From: Pelagibacteraceae bacterium AG-461-B04
GTDB taxonomy: Bacteria; Pseudomonadota; Alphaproteobacteria; Pelagibacterales; AG-422-B15
DNA: 64,000 bases
Direction of reading: 5' to 3'
NCBI GenBank assembly: GCA_003211835.1
Contig: QCRN01000002.1
Location: 69,393-133,392, forward strand
Position numbers and translations under genes: made by a program. This document shows positions 40,579 through 51,571 of this stretch, one piece after another. The notes beneath the pieces are model-generated. The model was not told the DNA's origin. It saw nothing but the letters and a program-made list of their open reading frames with translations, and made no database searches. Position 1 is the stretch's first letter. Each line of letters begins with the position of its first letter.

Positions 40579-41913
40579 TTAAGAAAAATATTTAGTAACG
40601 TTTTTTGTTAATTCATCAATTTTGTTCTGACTTTTACACTCTATCATAACTCTCAAAAGTGGTTCAGTACCAGACATTCTAACAACGATTCTACCTTCAC
40701 CTGCAACTTCTTCCTCACACTTTTTAATAAAATTCTTAGTCTCATCATTTTCCAAAATATTCTTGGTTTTAACTTCAAAATTAATAAGGTTTTGAGGATG
40801 CGGAGTAAATAAGTTAAAAATTTCACTAGTCTGTTTTTTGTTTTGCATGATGATTGCAAGTACTTGTAGGGCAACAATAATACCATCACCAGAGGATGTG
40901 TAATCCCTCATGATGATATGACCTGATTGCTCTCCACCTAAATTTAGATTTTCATGGATCATTTTTTCTTTGACATATCTATCGCCAACATTTGCTCTAA
41001 CTAATTCAATATTATTCTCATTGAGTAGATTTTCTAATCCTATATTGGCCATTGAAGTCCCCACAACTTTATTTTTTTGAAGTAAGTTTTTTTTGCTCAT
41101 ATGTAATGCTAATAACGCAAGGATCTGATCGCCATTAATGACATTTCCTTTTTCATCGACTATTGCTAGCCGGTCCCCATCTCCATCTAATGCAATGCCT
41201 ATATCAGCTTTTTTCTCTATTACAGTTTTTGCTAATAAATCAGTATTAGTGGAGCCGCATTTATCATTAATATTTATTCCATTTGGGTGAGTTCCAATTT
41301 GAGTTACCTCTGCTCCTAACTCCCATAAGATAAGAGGAGCTGATATATATGAAGCACCATGAGCGCAATCAACAACTATTTTTAGTCCATCAAGGCGTTG
41401 GGTCTTTGGAAATGTGTTTTTCAAATATTCTATGTACCTTCCATTTGCATCTTCTAATCTTTGAGCTCTTCCTATGTTTTCAGGCTTGACTAGAGACTCT
41501 TCAAGTTTACTTTCCATCAGATTTTCTATCTCTAGTTCTGTCTCATCAGAGAGCTTATTACCAAGTCTATCAAATATCTTTAAGCCATTATCTTGATATT
41601 GATTATGAGAGGCTGTAATCATAATTCCAAGGTCAGCTCGCATTGACCTTGTTAGCATTGAGACTGCAGGAGTAGGAATCGGGCCAAATAAAAAAACATC
41701 CATCCCCATTGAAAGTAAGCCAGATGTTAAAGCCTGTTCGATCATGTAACCAGAAAGCCTAGTATCTTTTCCAATAACAACCTTATGCCTGTGATCTCCT
41801 TTGGTAAAATATTTTCCAAGTGCCATCCCTAGATTAATTAGGGTAGGTCCATTTAATTTATCGCTGTTTGAGCTTGCTCGAATACCATCTGTTCCAAAAT
41901 ATTTTTTTTTCAT
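40579..41913 (-). CDS. glmM: Phosphoglucosamine mutase
   Basis: 444 aa. Motifs FGTDGIR, the phosphoserine loop ITASHNQYQDNGLK, and DGDGDR. Confidence 0.9.
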   Translation of the reverse strand: MKKKYFGTDGIRASSNSDKLNGPTLINLGMALGKYFTKGDHRHKVVIGKDTRLSGYMIEQALTSGLLSMGMDVFLFGPIPTPAVSMLTRSMRADLGIMITASHNQYQDNGLKIFDRLGNKLSDETELEIENLMESKLEESLVKPENIGRAQRLEDANGRYIEYLKNTFPKTQRLDGLKIVVDCAHGASYISAPLILWELGAEVTQIGTHPNGININDKCGSTNTDLLAKTVIEKKADIGIALDGDGDRLAIVDEKGNVINGDQILALLALHMSKKNLLQKNKVVGTSMANIGLENLLNENNIELVRANVGDRYVKEKMIHENLNLGGEQSGHIIMRDYTSSGDGIIVALQVLAIIMQNKKQTSEIFNLFTPHPQNLINFEVKTKNILENDETKNFIKKCEEEVAGEGRIVVRMSGTEPLLRVMIECKSQNKIDELTKNVTKYFS

Positions 41914-42965
41914 ATTAATTTCGAATAGACTTTTATTGCTTGGTTTGTCTCATATACATCATGCACTCTAAATATTTGAATACCTTGAGACAGACCGTAT
42001 AAAACTGATGCTATCGATCCCCCTTTACGATCATCGTATAATTCATTTTTTTGTATCTTTCCAATAAAACTTTTTCGAGAACTGCCTAACATTACAGGTA
42101 GACCGAGCGAGTGAAGTAAACTAATCTTTTTTATAAGTGTCAAATTTTGTTTCAAAGTCTTACCAAAGCCAATGCCAGGATCGATTATAATTTTATTTTC
42201 AGATATGCCTTTTGATTTACATTTTTTTATTTGTTTTTCTAAAAAATCATAAACATCAAGCAAAACATCTTTATAATTAATTGATTTTTGCATCTTCGCA
42301 GGATTAGAGATTGAATGCATTATAATAAAAGGAATTTTAGATTTATTTAAGAAACTAATAGCTTTACTATCATACCTTAATCCCGAGACATCATTAATAA
42401 AATCGATATTATATTTCATTACAGCTTTCATTACTGTAGATTTTCTTGTATCAACTGATACTAAAGTATTTTTTGTACTGCTTTTAATTTGATCAATAAC
42501 TGGCATTAATCTTTGAAGTTCTTTTTTAGCTGGAACTGTCTTTGAACCTGGTCGTGTAGACTCACCTCCAATATCAACTATTGCAGCGCCCTCTTTCTTT
42601 AACTTTTTATATTGTGCAAATGCATCATCAACTGATAAAAATTCTCCTCCATCAGAAAAGCTATCTGGAGTGACGTTTAGTATTCCCATTATTAAAGGTT
42701 TATTAAAATTTAAATTTTTGATTTTCTTTCTAGTTTTTGTTATTTTTTTTAGTTGAATATTGATGATCTTACTAATGTCTCTTGACAGTCCATTGATCTC
42801 TTTTAAATGAAGATATTTTGAGGAAATATTTGTACCATCTCTTTTTATTAATTCAATTCTATCAAAATAAAGTTTAGAAGAGCCAAGATTTAGAGAGTCT
42901 TTATTTTTACTATTATTTAATATAGGTCTGACGTAATACTTAACAAGTTTACGCGTACCAGTCAT
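41910..42965 (-). CDS. folP: Dihydropteroate synthase with an N-terminal extension of about 90 aa
   Basis: 351 aa. The pterin-binding domain starts at MGILNVTPDSFSDGG, followed by DIGGESTRPG. The preceding 90 or so residues match nothing I recognise. Confidence 0.85.
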   Translation of the reverse strand: MTGTRKLVKYYVRPILNNSKNKDSLNLGSSKLYFDRIELIKRDGTNISSKYLHLKEINGLSRDISKIINIQLKKITKTRKKIKNLNFNKPLIMGILNVTPDSFSDGGEFLSVDDAFAQYKKLKKEGAAIVDIGGESTRPGSKTVPAKKELQRLMPVIDQIKSSTKNTLVSVDTRKSTVMKAVMKYNIDFINDVSGLRYDSKAISFLNKSKIPFIIMHSISNPAKMQKSINYKDVLLDVYDFLEKQIKKCKSKGISENKIIIDPGIGFGKTLKQNLTLIKKISLLHSLGLPVMLGSSRKSFIGKIQKNELYDDRKGGSIASVLYGLSQGIQIFRVHDVYETNQAIKVYSKLI

Positions 42966-42977
42966 ATTTAATTGATT

Positions 42978-44888
42978 TTAACTAGTCTGCGGTTTGGGCT
43001 TGAAACTAGGAACAACTGTTGATGGTTTTCCACTTTTAGGTACGGATGGACCAGCATTGCTAATTTCTTCTTCTGGGTTTGGTCTGTCAATTTTTCCATC
43101 CTTAAGTAGCGATAATATTTCGTCTCCATTCAAAGTTTCGTATTCAATTAAGCCTTTTGCAAGAGCATGAAGATCGCTAATTTTATCAGTAAGGATCTTC
43201 CTTGCAAGATCATAGCACGTATCAACAATTATTCTAATCTCAGAGTCAATCAATCTCGCTGTATCTTCTGACACATTTTGATGTTTTTGAACTGATCTAC
43301 CTAAGAAAACTTCTTCCTCGTTTTCACTATACTGAAGTGGTCCCAGTTTTTCACTCATTCCGTATTTGGTGACCATATTTCTTGCCATCTTGGTTGCCAT
43401 TTCTATATCAGAGGATGCGCCTGATGTTACTTTGTCGTCACCAAAAATTATTTCTTCTGCAACTCTTCCTCCCATGGCAACAGTGATATCAGCAAGCATT
43501 TTTTCTCTCGCCATTGACAACTGATCTCGCTCAGGCAATCTCATAACCATTCCTAGGGCTCTACCACGTGGTATGATTGTAGCCTTATGAATTGGATCTG
43601 ATGCAGGTTGGTTTAAAGCAACAATAGCGTGACCACCTTCGTGATAAGCTGTTAATTCTTTTTCTTCTTGACTCATTACAAGAGATCTTCTCTCTGATCC
43701 CATCATGACTTTATCTTTTGCTTCTTCGAAATCTACCATCGTCACAATTTTTTTATTTTTTCTAGCAGCAAGTAATGCAGATTCATTGACAATATTAGCT
43801 AAATCAGCTCCCGAGAAACCAGGAGTTCCCCTTGCGATTGTTCTAATATCTACATCAGGCGCAACTGATATTTTTTTAATATGAACTCTTAGAATTGCTT
43901 CTCTACCCATAATATCTGGATTTGGAACTACCACTTGTCTATCAAACCTGCCAGGTCTTAATAAGGCTGGGTCTAATACATCTGGTCTGTTTGTTGCAGC
44001 GACCAATATAATGCCTTCTTGAGTATCAAAACCATCCATTTCTACAAGAATTTGATTTAACGTTTGCTCTCTTTCATCATTGCCACCACCAAGACCTGCA
44101 CCACGACTTCTTCCAACAGCATCAATCTCATCAATAAATATTATACATGGAGAATTTCTTCTTCCTTGCTCAAACATGTCTCTAACTCTTGAAGCGCCCA
44201 CGCCAACAAACATTTCTACAAAGTCAGAACCCGAAATTGTAAAAAATGGAACACCAGCTTCACCCGCAACAGCTCTTGCTAAAAGCGTTTTACCTGTTCC
44301 AGGAGGGCCTATTAACAATGCTCCTTTTGGAATTCTTCCGCCAAGCTTTTGAAATTTTCTTGGATCCTTTAAAAAGTCTACAATCTCTACGAGTTCTTCC
44401 TTAGCTTCATCTATTCCTGCTACATCATTAAAAGTTACTTTATTTTTGTTTTCAGTTAAAAGTTTTGCTTTCGATCTACCAAAACCCATTGCTCCACCTC
44501 TACCACCTTGCATTTGTCTCATGAAGAAAATCCATACACCTATAAGCAATAGCATAGGAAACCATGAAATAAGTACTCCCAGAAGTGAAGGATAGCCATC
44601 GTCAAGAGGAGCAGCAGAGATATTCACACCTCTTTCATTTAACCTGTCTACAAGAGTAGGGTCGTTTGCAGCATAGGTCTTAAAAGAACGGCCGTCATCT
44701 AATGCACCATTAATATTGCTACCTCTTATAACTACATCTTTGACTGACCCAGCTTCTACTTCATCAAGAAATTGAGAATATGTAAGATCAATGACATTTC
44801 TCTCCCCGCTGGTGTTGCTGAAAAGATTAAATAGACCAAAAACGATAAGGGCAATAAATACCCATAGTGTAATATTTCTGAAATTCAT
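42978..44888 (-). CDS. ftsH: ATP-dependent zinc metalloprotease FtsH
   Basis: 636 aa. Walker [12 protein letters not shown], Walker [32 protein letters not shown], zinc site HEGGHA. Confidence 0.95.
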   Translation of the reverse strand: MNFRNITLWVFIALIVFGLFNLFSNTSGERNVIDLTYSQFLDEVEAGSVKDVVIRGSNINGALDDGRSFKTYAANDPTLVDRLNERGVNISAAPLDDGYPSLLGVLISWFPMLLLIGVWIFFMRQMQGGRGGAMGFGRSKAKLLTENKNKVTFNDVAGIDEAKEELVEIVDFLKDPRKFQKLGGRIPKGALLIGPPGTGKTLLARAVAGEAGVPFFTISGSDFVEMFVGVGASRVRDMFEQGRRNSPCIIFIDEIDAVGRSRGAGLGGGNDEREQTLNQILVEMDGFDTQEGIILVAATNRPDVLDPALLRPGRFDRQVVVPNPDIMGREAILRVHIKKISVAPDVDIRTIARGTPGFSGADLANIVNESALLAARKNKKIVTMVDFEEAKDKVMMGSERRSLVMSQEEKELTAYHEGGHAIVALNQPASDPIHKATIIPRGRALGMVMRLPERDQLSMAREKMLADITVAMGGRVAEEIIFGDDKVTSGASSDIEMATKMARNMVTKYGMSEKLGPLQYSENEEEVFLGRSVQKHQNVSEDTARLIDSEIRIIVDTCYDLARKILTDKISDLHALAKGLIEYETLNGDEILSLLKDGKIDRPNPEEEISNAGPSVPKSGKPSTVVPSFKPKPQTS

Positions 44889-44980
44889 TTTTATTTTCCA
44901 TTATATTAAATAATTACTATTTTGCTTCATGCAAGAAAAGAAAGGTATAAATTTTAACAATATATATCAATTGCTTAACA

Positions 44981-46072
44981 CTAATAATGCTCGATTAATT
45001 TTGGCCAATTCTTATTTTTAAAAATTACTTTCAAATTCTGTCCAAAAAGTGGGCTACTTTTTTTTTCTTTTGAGATTAAGATTTCGTCATTTTTAGCAGT
45101 AAATATACATCCATTTAAAGTATGACTTTTAAAATTTCTGGTGTTAATTTTATCAATAAGGCTTTTTAGAGACCTGGATCTGGGCACTTTATCCTTATTG
45201 CCTACAAGACGACAAAGTTTATTGATAATACGATATTGTATTTCAACTGGCGCTTTTTTAAATTTTTTATTATTAAACTTTAAAGTGTTATTTCTACTCA
45301 GTGAAATACATTTTTTTAAATAATTATTAACTGACACAGTAATTGCTTCATCTGCTTTTTTTAAATTTTGTATAACTTCTAAAATTCTTTTTTTATCCAA
45401 CCCCTCATTAATTAAATTTTCAGCAATCGCTCTTATACGAGACCTATCGTACTTCATATCTTGATTTGTGTTATCATAAATATAAGGTTGCTTCATTTTT
45501 GCTAAATATTTAATCAAACATTTCTTTGAATATTTTAATAAAGGTCTAACAATGCTTATCTCTCCTCCTTTATACTTAGATACTGGCTTTAAAGATGATA
45601 AGCCCTTTATTCCGCTTCCTCTTACCAACCTCATTAAAAATGTTTCAATCTCATCGTCTAAATGATGAGCAGTCAATAAATATTTAAACTTATTTGTTTT
45701 ACAAACATCTGTTAATAGTTCATACCGATGTTTCCTGGCTGTTGAAAGTGTATTAGAGCTACTTATTTTTTTAATAACTTTTTTTGAAACAAAGCTTACT
45801 TTTTCTTTTTTCATAAGCTTCTTTATCCATTCAATTTCTTTAGGCGAGTCTTCACGCAACCTATGGTCTATTGAAATAGCTATAAGCTTTAAATTATTTT
45901 TTTTTACAAAATTTTTAGCCAGGTATAAAAGTGCTAAGCTATCTGGACCACCTGAAAGAGCAACGGCAAAGTTTGTATTTATACCAACAAGCTTGAGTTC
46001 TTTTTCAAAATCTTCATCTGTGATCTTATCTATATTTTGATAATTAATTGGCTTAACTAATTTCACAGCCAT
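44981..46072 (-). CDS. tilS: tRNA(Ile)-lysidine synthase
   Basis: 363 aa. PP-loop ALSGGPDSLAL, then TAHHLDDEIETFLMR. Confidence 0.8.
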   Translation of the reverse strand: MAVKLVKPINYQNIDKITDEDFEKELKLVGINTNFAVALSGGPDSLALLYLAKNFVKKNNLKLIAISIDHRLREDSPKEIEWIKKLMKKEKVSFVSKKVIKKISSSNTLSTARKHRYELLTDVCKTNKFKYLLTAHHLDDEIETFLMRLVRGSGIKGLSSLKPVSKYKGGEISIVRPLLKYSKKCLIKYLAKMKQPYIYDNTNQDMKYDRSRIRAIAENLINEGLDKKRILEVIQNLKKADEAITVSVNNYLKKCISLSRNNTLKFNNKKFKKAPVEIQYRIINKLCRLVGNKDKVPRSRSLKSLIDKINTRNFKSHTLNGCIFTAKNDEILISKEKKSSPLFGQNLKVIFKNKNWPKLIEHY

Positions 46073-47090
46073 TTCTTTTTATTTCTAAGTTGCTTCTATC
46101 AATAATTGAAGGATTAGCTTCAGGGTATGACTCTTGCAGTTGCATAAATGTTATACATCCCTGTTCTTTCTGTTGCATGTTTATTAATGAAATTCCTAAT
46201 TTCAATAGAGCATCTGGTGCCTTGTTTGCACTTGGAAAAGTTTGATAGAGACTTAAATAATTCTTAGCAGCATCCTTATAGTTTTCTCTGACATAATAAG
46301 TCTCAGCTAGCCAAAAATGTGAATTGCTTAAATAATTTTTATCATCTCCAATGGTAATAAATTCTGTAAACGCTTTTTCTGCTGTTTCATAGTCACCTTG
46401 CTTAAGTAAATTAATAGCATATTCATACTGACTTTTTTCATCACTCTCCGGCAGTATTGATAAAAGCGTTGGTTGCTCCCCAAGGGACACAATATTATCT
46501 TGCGATATTGTATTAATAATTTGTTGTTCCTCACCTTCATTATTAATTTTTACTTCAAAAGGTGACTTTTCTTCTTTAGGTAAGCTTAACATATTTATAG
46601 TTCCAAGTGATTTTGGTTCTAAATCTAATTTATCTTCATTTGCTATAAACATTTCACTTTGCATTACACTCAAAGTATTAGGTTGGGCATTATTTTGAAC
46701 TTTTTCTATATTCTCAGCTTTAGTGTTTAAATCTGTAAATCTATACTCTGCATCTTCTTTAAATGTGTTAAAATTGTTAACAGTAGATTGCATTGTAAAA
46801 ATCATTTCTTCAATTTGGGCTGTTAGAGATTGAATTTCATTTTGAAGTTCTGCTATTTGAATAGATTGTTTTGCAATAATTGATTGATAATCATCGAGGC
46901 TTAGATTATTTGCTTGGCCAGAAGTTGTATTGTTAAAAGTAGCTTTTTCAAGAACCTTGATTCTACTTTCGATTGTTTCTAACTTTTGAAAAAGTTGATC
47001 TAATGGGATGTCTTCTGCATAGAGATATGAATTAAATGTTATAAGCGCTATCAAAGTAACACAAGTATATAGACAAATCTTATTGATCAT
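46053..47090 (-). CDS. cpoB: Tol-Pal system protein CpoB/YbgF (coiled coil plus TPR)
   Basis: 345 aa. Signal peptide, N-terminal coiled coil, and C-terminal TPR region (YEYAINLLKQGDYETAEKAF, FWLAETYY, APDALLKLGISL). Positioned after pal. Confidence 0.7.
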   Translation of the reverse strand: MINKICLYTCVTLIALITFNSYLYAEDIPLDQLFQKLETIESRIKVLEKATFNNTTSGQANNLSLDDYQSIIAKQSIQIAELQNEIQSLTAQIEEMIFTMQSTVNNFNTFKEDAEYRFTDLNTKAENIEKVQNNAQPNTLSVMQSEMFIANEDKLDLEPKSLGTINMLSLPKEEKSPFEVKINNEGEEQQIINTISQDNIVSLGEQPTLLSILPESDEKSQYEYAINLLKQGDYETAEKAFTEFITIGDDKNYLSNSHFWLAETYYVRENYKDAAKNYLSLYQTFPSANKAPDALLKLGISLINMQQKEQGCITFMQLQESYPEANPSIIDRSNLEIKRNGCEIS

Positions 47091-47162
47091 AAAAATAAAT
47101 ATTTTTTATAAGCCTAGACTTATCTTTTGTCTAAATAAAGGCGTGAATAATTAAATATCTAT

Positions 47163-47705
47163 TTAATTTGTTCTTACAGTTACCGATCTTCTGTTTTGTG
47201 CCCAGGCCTTTTTGTTTGAGCCGCTATTCACGGGTCTTTCCTTACCAAAGCTGATAGTGGTAACCCTGCTAGAACTAATCCCTTGTGTCATTAAATAATC
47301 TTTAGCAGCGTTAGCTCTGCGATCTCCGAGTGCTAAGTTATATTCTCTAGTTCCTCTTTCATCAGCATGACCTTCAATCGCTATTGTAGCTGATCCATTA
47401 GCTTTTAACCATTTCGCCTGTTTTTCTAATGTATTTTGCGCAGCTTTAGTAAGTGAGTAGCTGTCGTATGCAAAAAATATTCTATCAGGAACATCGACCG
47501 CTAACATTTCAACAGTATCTGATCCAACATAAACACCATCTACAATTTCTACAGCTGCGGTTGATGTTGATGTAGTTGAAGTTGCGGATTCTTTCGGCAC
47601 AGTTTCACAAGCTGCCAAAAACAAAGCACATAATATAATTACCAAATATCTGGTATAATTCTGAAAGGTTGAAACCATTTTAATAAACTCCCGTAATATT
47701 TTCAA
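47163..47705 (-). CDS. pal: Peptidoglycan-associated lipoprotein Pal (OmpA-like)
   Basis: Lipobox LFLAAC. OmpA-like domain IEGHADERGTREYNLALGDRRANA and NRRSV. The true start may be the internal Met (MVSTFQ). Confidence 0.85.
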   Translation of the reverse strand: MKILREFIKMVSTFQNYTRYLVIILCALFLAACETVPKESATSTTSTSTAAVEIVDGVYVGSDTVEMLAVDVPDRIFFAYDSYSLTKAAQNTLEKQAKWLKANGSATIAIEGHADERGTREYNLALGDRRANAAKDYLMTQGISSSRVTTISFGKERPVNSGSNKKAWAQNRRSVTVRTN

Positions 47706-47800
47706 AGCCGTTAGTACTCTATTAACTTAACTTGCACAAGTCTAGGATAAAGTTATTACATATTCCTTAAAATATCTCTAATTTCCAGGCAAAATTGATC

Positions 47801-49123
47801 TTATTGTATTAATTTTGACCAAGATGGGTCAGATGCGTCAACCGGTGTAATAATTTTTCTCTCGTTAAACCCAGTCAGATCAATAGACCAAATGGATGAA
47901 GAGTGGCCGTCCCCTGCATCATTTGCTTTTGTTTCACGATAAAATATTAATACCCTTCCATTAGATGACCATGATGGCGCTTCTTGATACCAGTTTTCAG
48001 TTAGCAATCTTTCACCACTTCCATCAGTTCTCATAACTCCAATAAAATATTGACCCTGATAAAACTTAGTAAAAGCAATAAGATCGCCTCTTGGGGACCA
48101 AACAGGAGTTGCGTAGTTCCCTCCTTGTTTCGAAATTCTTTTTTGATTTCTTCCATTGCTGTCCATTACATAAATTTGTTGGGAACCACCTCTATCCGAA
48201 TTAAATGTAATTCTTTTACCGTCAGGTGAATAACTTGGGGATGTATCGATTGCTGGACTATCAGTTAGTCTTTCAACAACGCGAGTTGTTAAATCCATGA
48301 CATACAAGTCAGAGTTACCCTCTCTTGCTAAGCTCATAATAATTTTTTCTCCATCTGGAGAAAATCGAGGTGCAAAAGTCATACCCGGAAAATCGCCAAC
48401 AACTTCTTGTATTCCTGTTTGTATATTTAATAAGTAAACTCTAGGCAGATTTTTAAAATATGAGAGATATGTAATCTCTTGTCTTACAGGATTAAACCTA
48501 GGAGTTAATACTAATTCTTTTCCACTCGTTAAAAATTTATGGTTAGCGCCATCTTGATCCATAATTGCCAGTTTTTTTATTCTTTTGTTTTTTGGACCTT
48601 CTTCAGCGACATAAACTATCCTTGTATCAAAATAACCTTCCTCACCTGTAAGTCTCTCATATATTTTATCTGCAATCATATGACTAATTCTTCTCCAATT
48701 ATCAATTGTTGTAATAAGAACTAATCCCTCTATTTCTTTTTCTGCAAATGTATCCCATAAACGAAACTCTACTCTTAGCCTATCCTCTTCAATGGCAAGT
48801 TCACCTGTAAGCAACCCTTGAGCTTTTATTAATCTCCAATCCGCAAATCTTGGTTTTAAATGCATGGCACGATTATTTTGAATAAATGCCTTATTATCTA
48901 CTGATGAGAACAATCCACTTCTTTCAAGGTCATCAGAAATTACTGTTCTAATATTTTCTGTTATTTTTTTATCTATAATTTCAGGGCTATTATCGTGAAA
49001 GAACTCACTTATAGCAAGAGGAAGAGGTTCTCGATTACCCTCGGTGATATCAATTTCAATTAACGCATATGAAATATTAGTAAATAATATTAAAGGAACT
49101 AAGTATAGTAATAATTTTCTCAT
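47801..49123 (-). CDS. tolB: Tol-Pal system beta-propeller protein TolB
   Basis: 440 aa. Repeated propeller blades ([44 protein letters not shown]). Confidence 0.9.
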   Translation of the reverse strand: MRKLLLYLVPLILFTNISYALIEIDITEGNREPLPLAISEFFHDNSPEIIDKKITENIRTVISDDLERSGLFSSVDNKAFIQNNRAMHLKPRFADWRLIKAQGLLTGELAIEEDRLRVEFRLWDTFAEKEIEGLVLITTIDNWRRISHMIADKIYERLTGEEGYFDTRIVYVAEEGPKNKRIKKLAIMDQDGANHKFLTSGKELVLTPRFNPVRQEITYLSYFKNLPRVYLLNIQTGIQEVVGDFPGMTFAPRFSPDGEKIIMSLAREGNSDLYVMDLTTRVVERLTDSPAIDTSPSYSPDGKRITFNSDRGGSQQIYVMDSNGRNQKRISKQGGNYATPVWSPRGDLIAFTKFYQGQYFIGVMRTDGSGERLLTENWYQEAPSWSSNGRVLIFYRETKANDAGDGHSSSIWSIDLTGFNERKIITPVDASDPSWSKLIQ

Positions 49124-49125
49124 AA

Positions 49126-49938
49126 TTAACCTCTTAGTATCTCTCTTGGATCAAAATTCAACTGTAAATTTTTCCAATTATCATAGCGCTCGGCTTCTGG
49201 CGCTTTAATTGGATCACATCGTCTGACTGCCCTAAGAGCACTCTCTGCGAGTGTTCTAAAATATTTTTCACCCGGCTTATTCATCCGTTCGTGTTGAACA
49301 ACTTCTGGTGGCTTTAAAAGTGATCCATCTGTATTTAAAAATATTTTAATTTTTACAATCATAGTTTCATCATATGGGATTCCAAGCGGTATGCTCCAAC
49401 ATTGCATAAATTGTGCTCTAATTGCATCTTCCTCACTTAGAGTTAGTCGTTTATCTAGACTCGGCGTTGAATCAAGAGCTTCATAATCCTTTTCAACAAT
49501 ATCTTCTGGATTTGCTTGCTTTGTGTCTTTTTGCTTATCAATTAACTCAGCTAGCTTTAGAGGATCAAATTTATCTTTCTTTTTTATTTCTGGCTTCTTA
49601 ACTGGCATATTTTGCATCATTTTTTCCTCAATCTTTATAGTTTCAAGTTTTTCTTCTGTAGATGGATCTTTCACTTTTTCATTTGATTTTTCTTCTTTTG
49701 GCTTTTGAATTGGTTGATTTAATTTTTGTTCCTCTTTTTTATTTTCTTTTTCCGGTTTTTCATCCTCTTTCTTTTTACTAATTTGAGGCACATTTGTTTT
49801 TTCTGCGATTTCTATCAGTTCAACTTGAATGATAGGTGGCATCTCAAGTTCGTTATTATTAAATAAGGGAAGTGAAACTATTGTAAAAAAAAGGATGAAT
49901 GAGTGAAGTAATACTGATCCTACAACTGAAATTCTCAT
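49126..49938 (-). CDS. tolA: TolA-like protein
   Basis: 270 aa. N-terminal TM helix, a long Lys/Glu/Pro-rich linker, and a small C-terminal domain. Positioned between tolR and tolB. Confidence 0.65.
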   Translation of the reverse strand: MRISVVGSVLLHSFILFFTIVSLPLFNNNELEMPPIIQVELIEIAEKTNVPQISKKKEDEKPEKENKKEEQKLNQPIQKPKEEKSNEKVKDPSTEEKLETIKIEEKMMQNMPVKKPEIKKKDKFDPLKLAELIDKQKDTKQANPEDIVEKDYEALDSTPSLDKRLTLSEEDAIRAQFMQCWSIPLGIPYDETMIVKIKIFLNTDGSLLKPPEVVQHERMNKPGEKYFRTLAESALRAVRRCDPIKAPEAERYDNWKNLQLNFDPREILRG

Positions 49939-49954
49939 ATTTGAGTCCCATTAA

Positions 49955-50359
49955 TTAATCACTTACAGGTTTTGTAATTAAAGAAACTTTTGAAAAGCCT
50001 GATCCAGATAACTCCCCAAGTACTCTCATCACTTTTCCGTAATCAATTGCTTCATCTCCTCTGACATATATCTTTGTATCTAATCTATTATCAGTGATTG
50101 CCTTTATTTTAGGAATTAATTCACCCAGTGCTATTTCTGTTTCTTGAATATAGATTGTACCAGCCTCATTGATTGTTACTTCCATTGGCTCATCATCAGA
50201 CTGAAGTGAGTCAGCATTACTCTCAGGAAGATCTACTTGCACACCTACTGTTAATAATGGAGCAGTAACCATAAAAATTATCAGCAGAACTAACATTACA
50301 TCAACAAAAGGTGTAACATTTATATCGCTAAAAGGTTTTGAATGAGTGTTTCTGGTCAC
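49955..50359 (-). CDS. tolR: TolR (ExbD/TolR family)
   Basis: 134 aa. Motif INVTPFVDVMLVLLIIFMV. Confidence 0.85.
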   Translation of the reverse strand: MTRNTHSKPFSDINVTPFVDVMLVLLIIFMVTAPLLTVGVQVDLPESNADSLQSDDEPMEVTINEAGTIYIQETEIALGELIPKIKAITDNRLDTKIYVRGDEAIDYGKVMRVLGELSGSGFSKVSLITKPVSD

Positions 50360-50375
50360 CTAAAAAATCTTGTGT

Positions 50376-51080
50376 CTATTTTGCATTAAGTCCTCTTGAA
50401 AAAATGACATTAAAATGCTCTTTAAATCTATACATTCTGGCGTTCTCATCATTCACCTGACTTGTGAAAATATTATAGGCAATTACAGCTGGTATTGCCG
50501 CTAAGAGTCCTAGAGCTGTTGCAAAAAGAGCTTCTGCTATTCCTGGCGCTACTACTGCTAAGGATGTATTTCTTGATATTGCAATTGACTGAAAAGAATT
50601 CATTATTCCCCAAACGGTACCAAAAAGGCCAATAAAAGGTGTGGTTGCGCCTATAGTTGCAAGATAGCTAAAGTGTAGTGAGAGTTTTTCATTTTGATAA
50701 TCAATTGCAGCTTCCATTATTCTATTAATTCTATCAATAATGCTTTCAATATTTTTTTTGCCATCTTTATTAGACTTTTCAATTTCATCTACTGCCTCGA
50801 GAAAAACATACTTTATAGGACTCTCTGAAAGATGGTGTGTAGTAGATGCAATTTCTTTAATGGAACGTCCTGACCAAAATTCTTCCTCAAATTGTTTACT
50901 GATTTTTTTTAAAGATCTAAAAAGCCTTATTTTGTGAATAATAATTGTCCATGAAAATATTGATGCAGCGAATAATATTAAAATTACTAATTTCACTACT
51001 AAATCTGCTCTAAAGAAAAGAGACATTAAAGTGAACTCATCATTAATTTGACTTGTACTTATTAAAGCTTCATTTTCCAT
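50376..51080 (-). CDS. tolQ: TolQ (MotA/TolQ/ExbB proton channel)
   Basis: 234 aa. Motifs [19 protein letters not shown] and [13 protein letters not shown]. Confidence 0.88.
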   Translation of the reverse strand: MENEALISTSQINDEFTLMSLFFRADLVVKLVILILFAASIFSWTIIIHKIRLFRSLKKISKQFEEEFWSGRSIKEIASTTHHLSESPIKYVFLEAVDEIEKSNKDGKKNIESIIDRINRIMEAAIDYQNEKLSLHFSYLATIGATTPFIGLFGTVWGIMNSFQSIAISRNTSLAVVAPGIAEALFATALGLLAAIPAVIAYNIFTSQVNDENARMYRFKEHFNVIFSRGLNAK

Positions 51081-51119
51081 GGTATCAATTTAAAAGTAAA
51101 AATTGTCTTAAATAGGGCA

Positions 51120-51503
51120 TCATGTATCAGTCTTCTTACTTTCAAGAAATATTTTATATAGTTCTATAAAGTCATTTAATCTTAAAACACACAATGAATT
51201 ACCAGTTGTTTCCCTATTTCTTCTAGTAATTACCACGGGAAATGAGTCTGATTTAGACGTTTCAATATTTTCTTCGACTTGCTTAACAGACTCATGGATT
51301 TTAAATTTTTCAGTTCTCTTTGCCTCAACATAAATATAAGGAGTGTTTTTTAAATCGCTTCCTCCTGAAGATTTTATTGCTCCACCACCAGACAGCGGCA
51401 TTCTTTGTACGAGATCATCTCCATCAAAAACTTTTTCGTTAAAATATTTAGCTAACTCTCTTTCATATCCATCACCTTTTCTTTTTGGAGAGCTACCTGG
51501 CAT
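51120..51503 (-). CDS. Archaeal-Hjc-like PD-(D/E)XK nuclease, putative Holliday junction resolvase
   Basis: 127 aa. KRKGDGYERELAKYF ... VQRMPLSGGG ... SDL ... YVEAKR reproduces the Hjc pattern KRKG-x2-3-ER / V-x-R-x-P-x-SG / D / (I,V)ExK. Occupies the ruvC slot between yebC and tolQ. Confidence 0.55.
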   Translation of the reverse strand: MPGSSPKRKGDGYERELAKYFNEKVFDGDDLVQRMPLSGGGAIKSSGGSDLKNTPYIYVEAKRTEKFKIHESVKQVEENIETSKSDSFPVVITRRNRETTGNSLCVLRLNDFIELYKIFLESKKTDT

Positions 51504-51571
51504 AAAAACGAATCAAATTTATCAATTCATTAAAGACTAATTAATATATTAAGATTTTAAAAGTTAATTAA

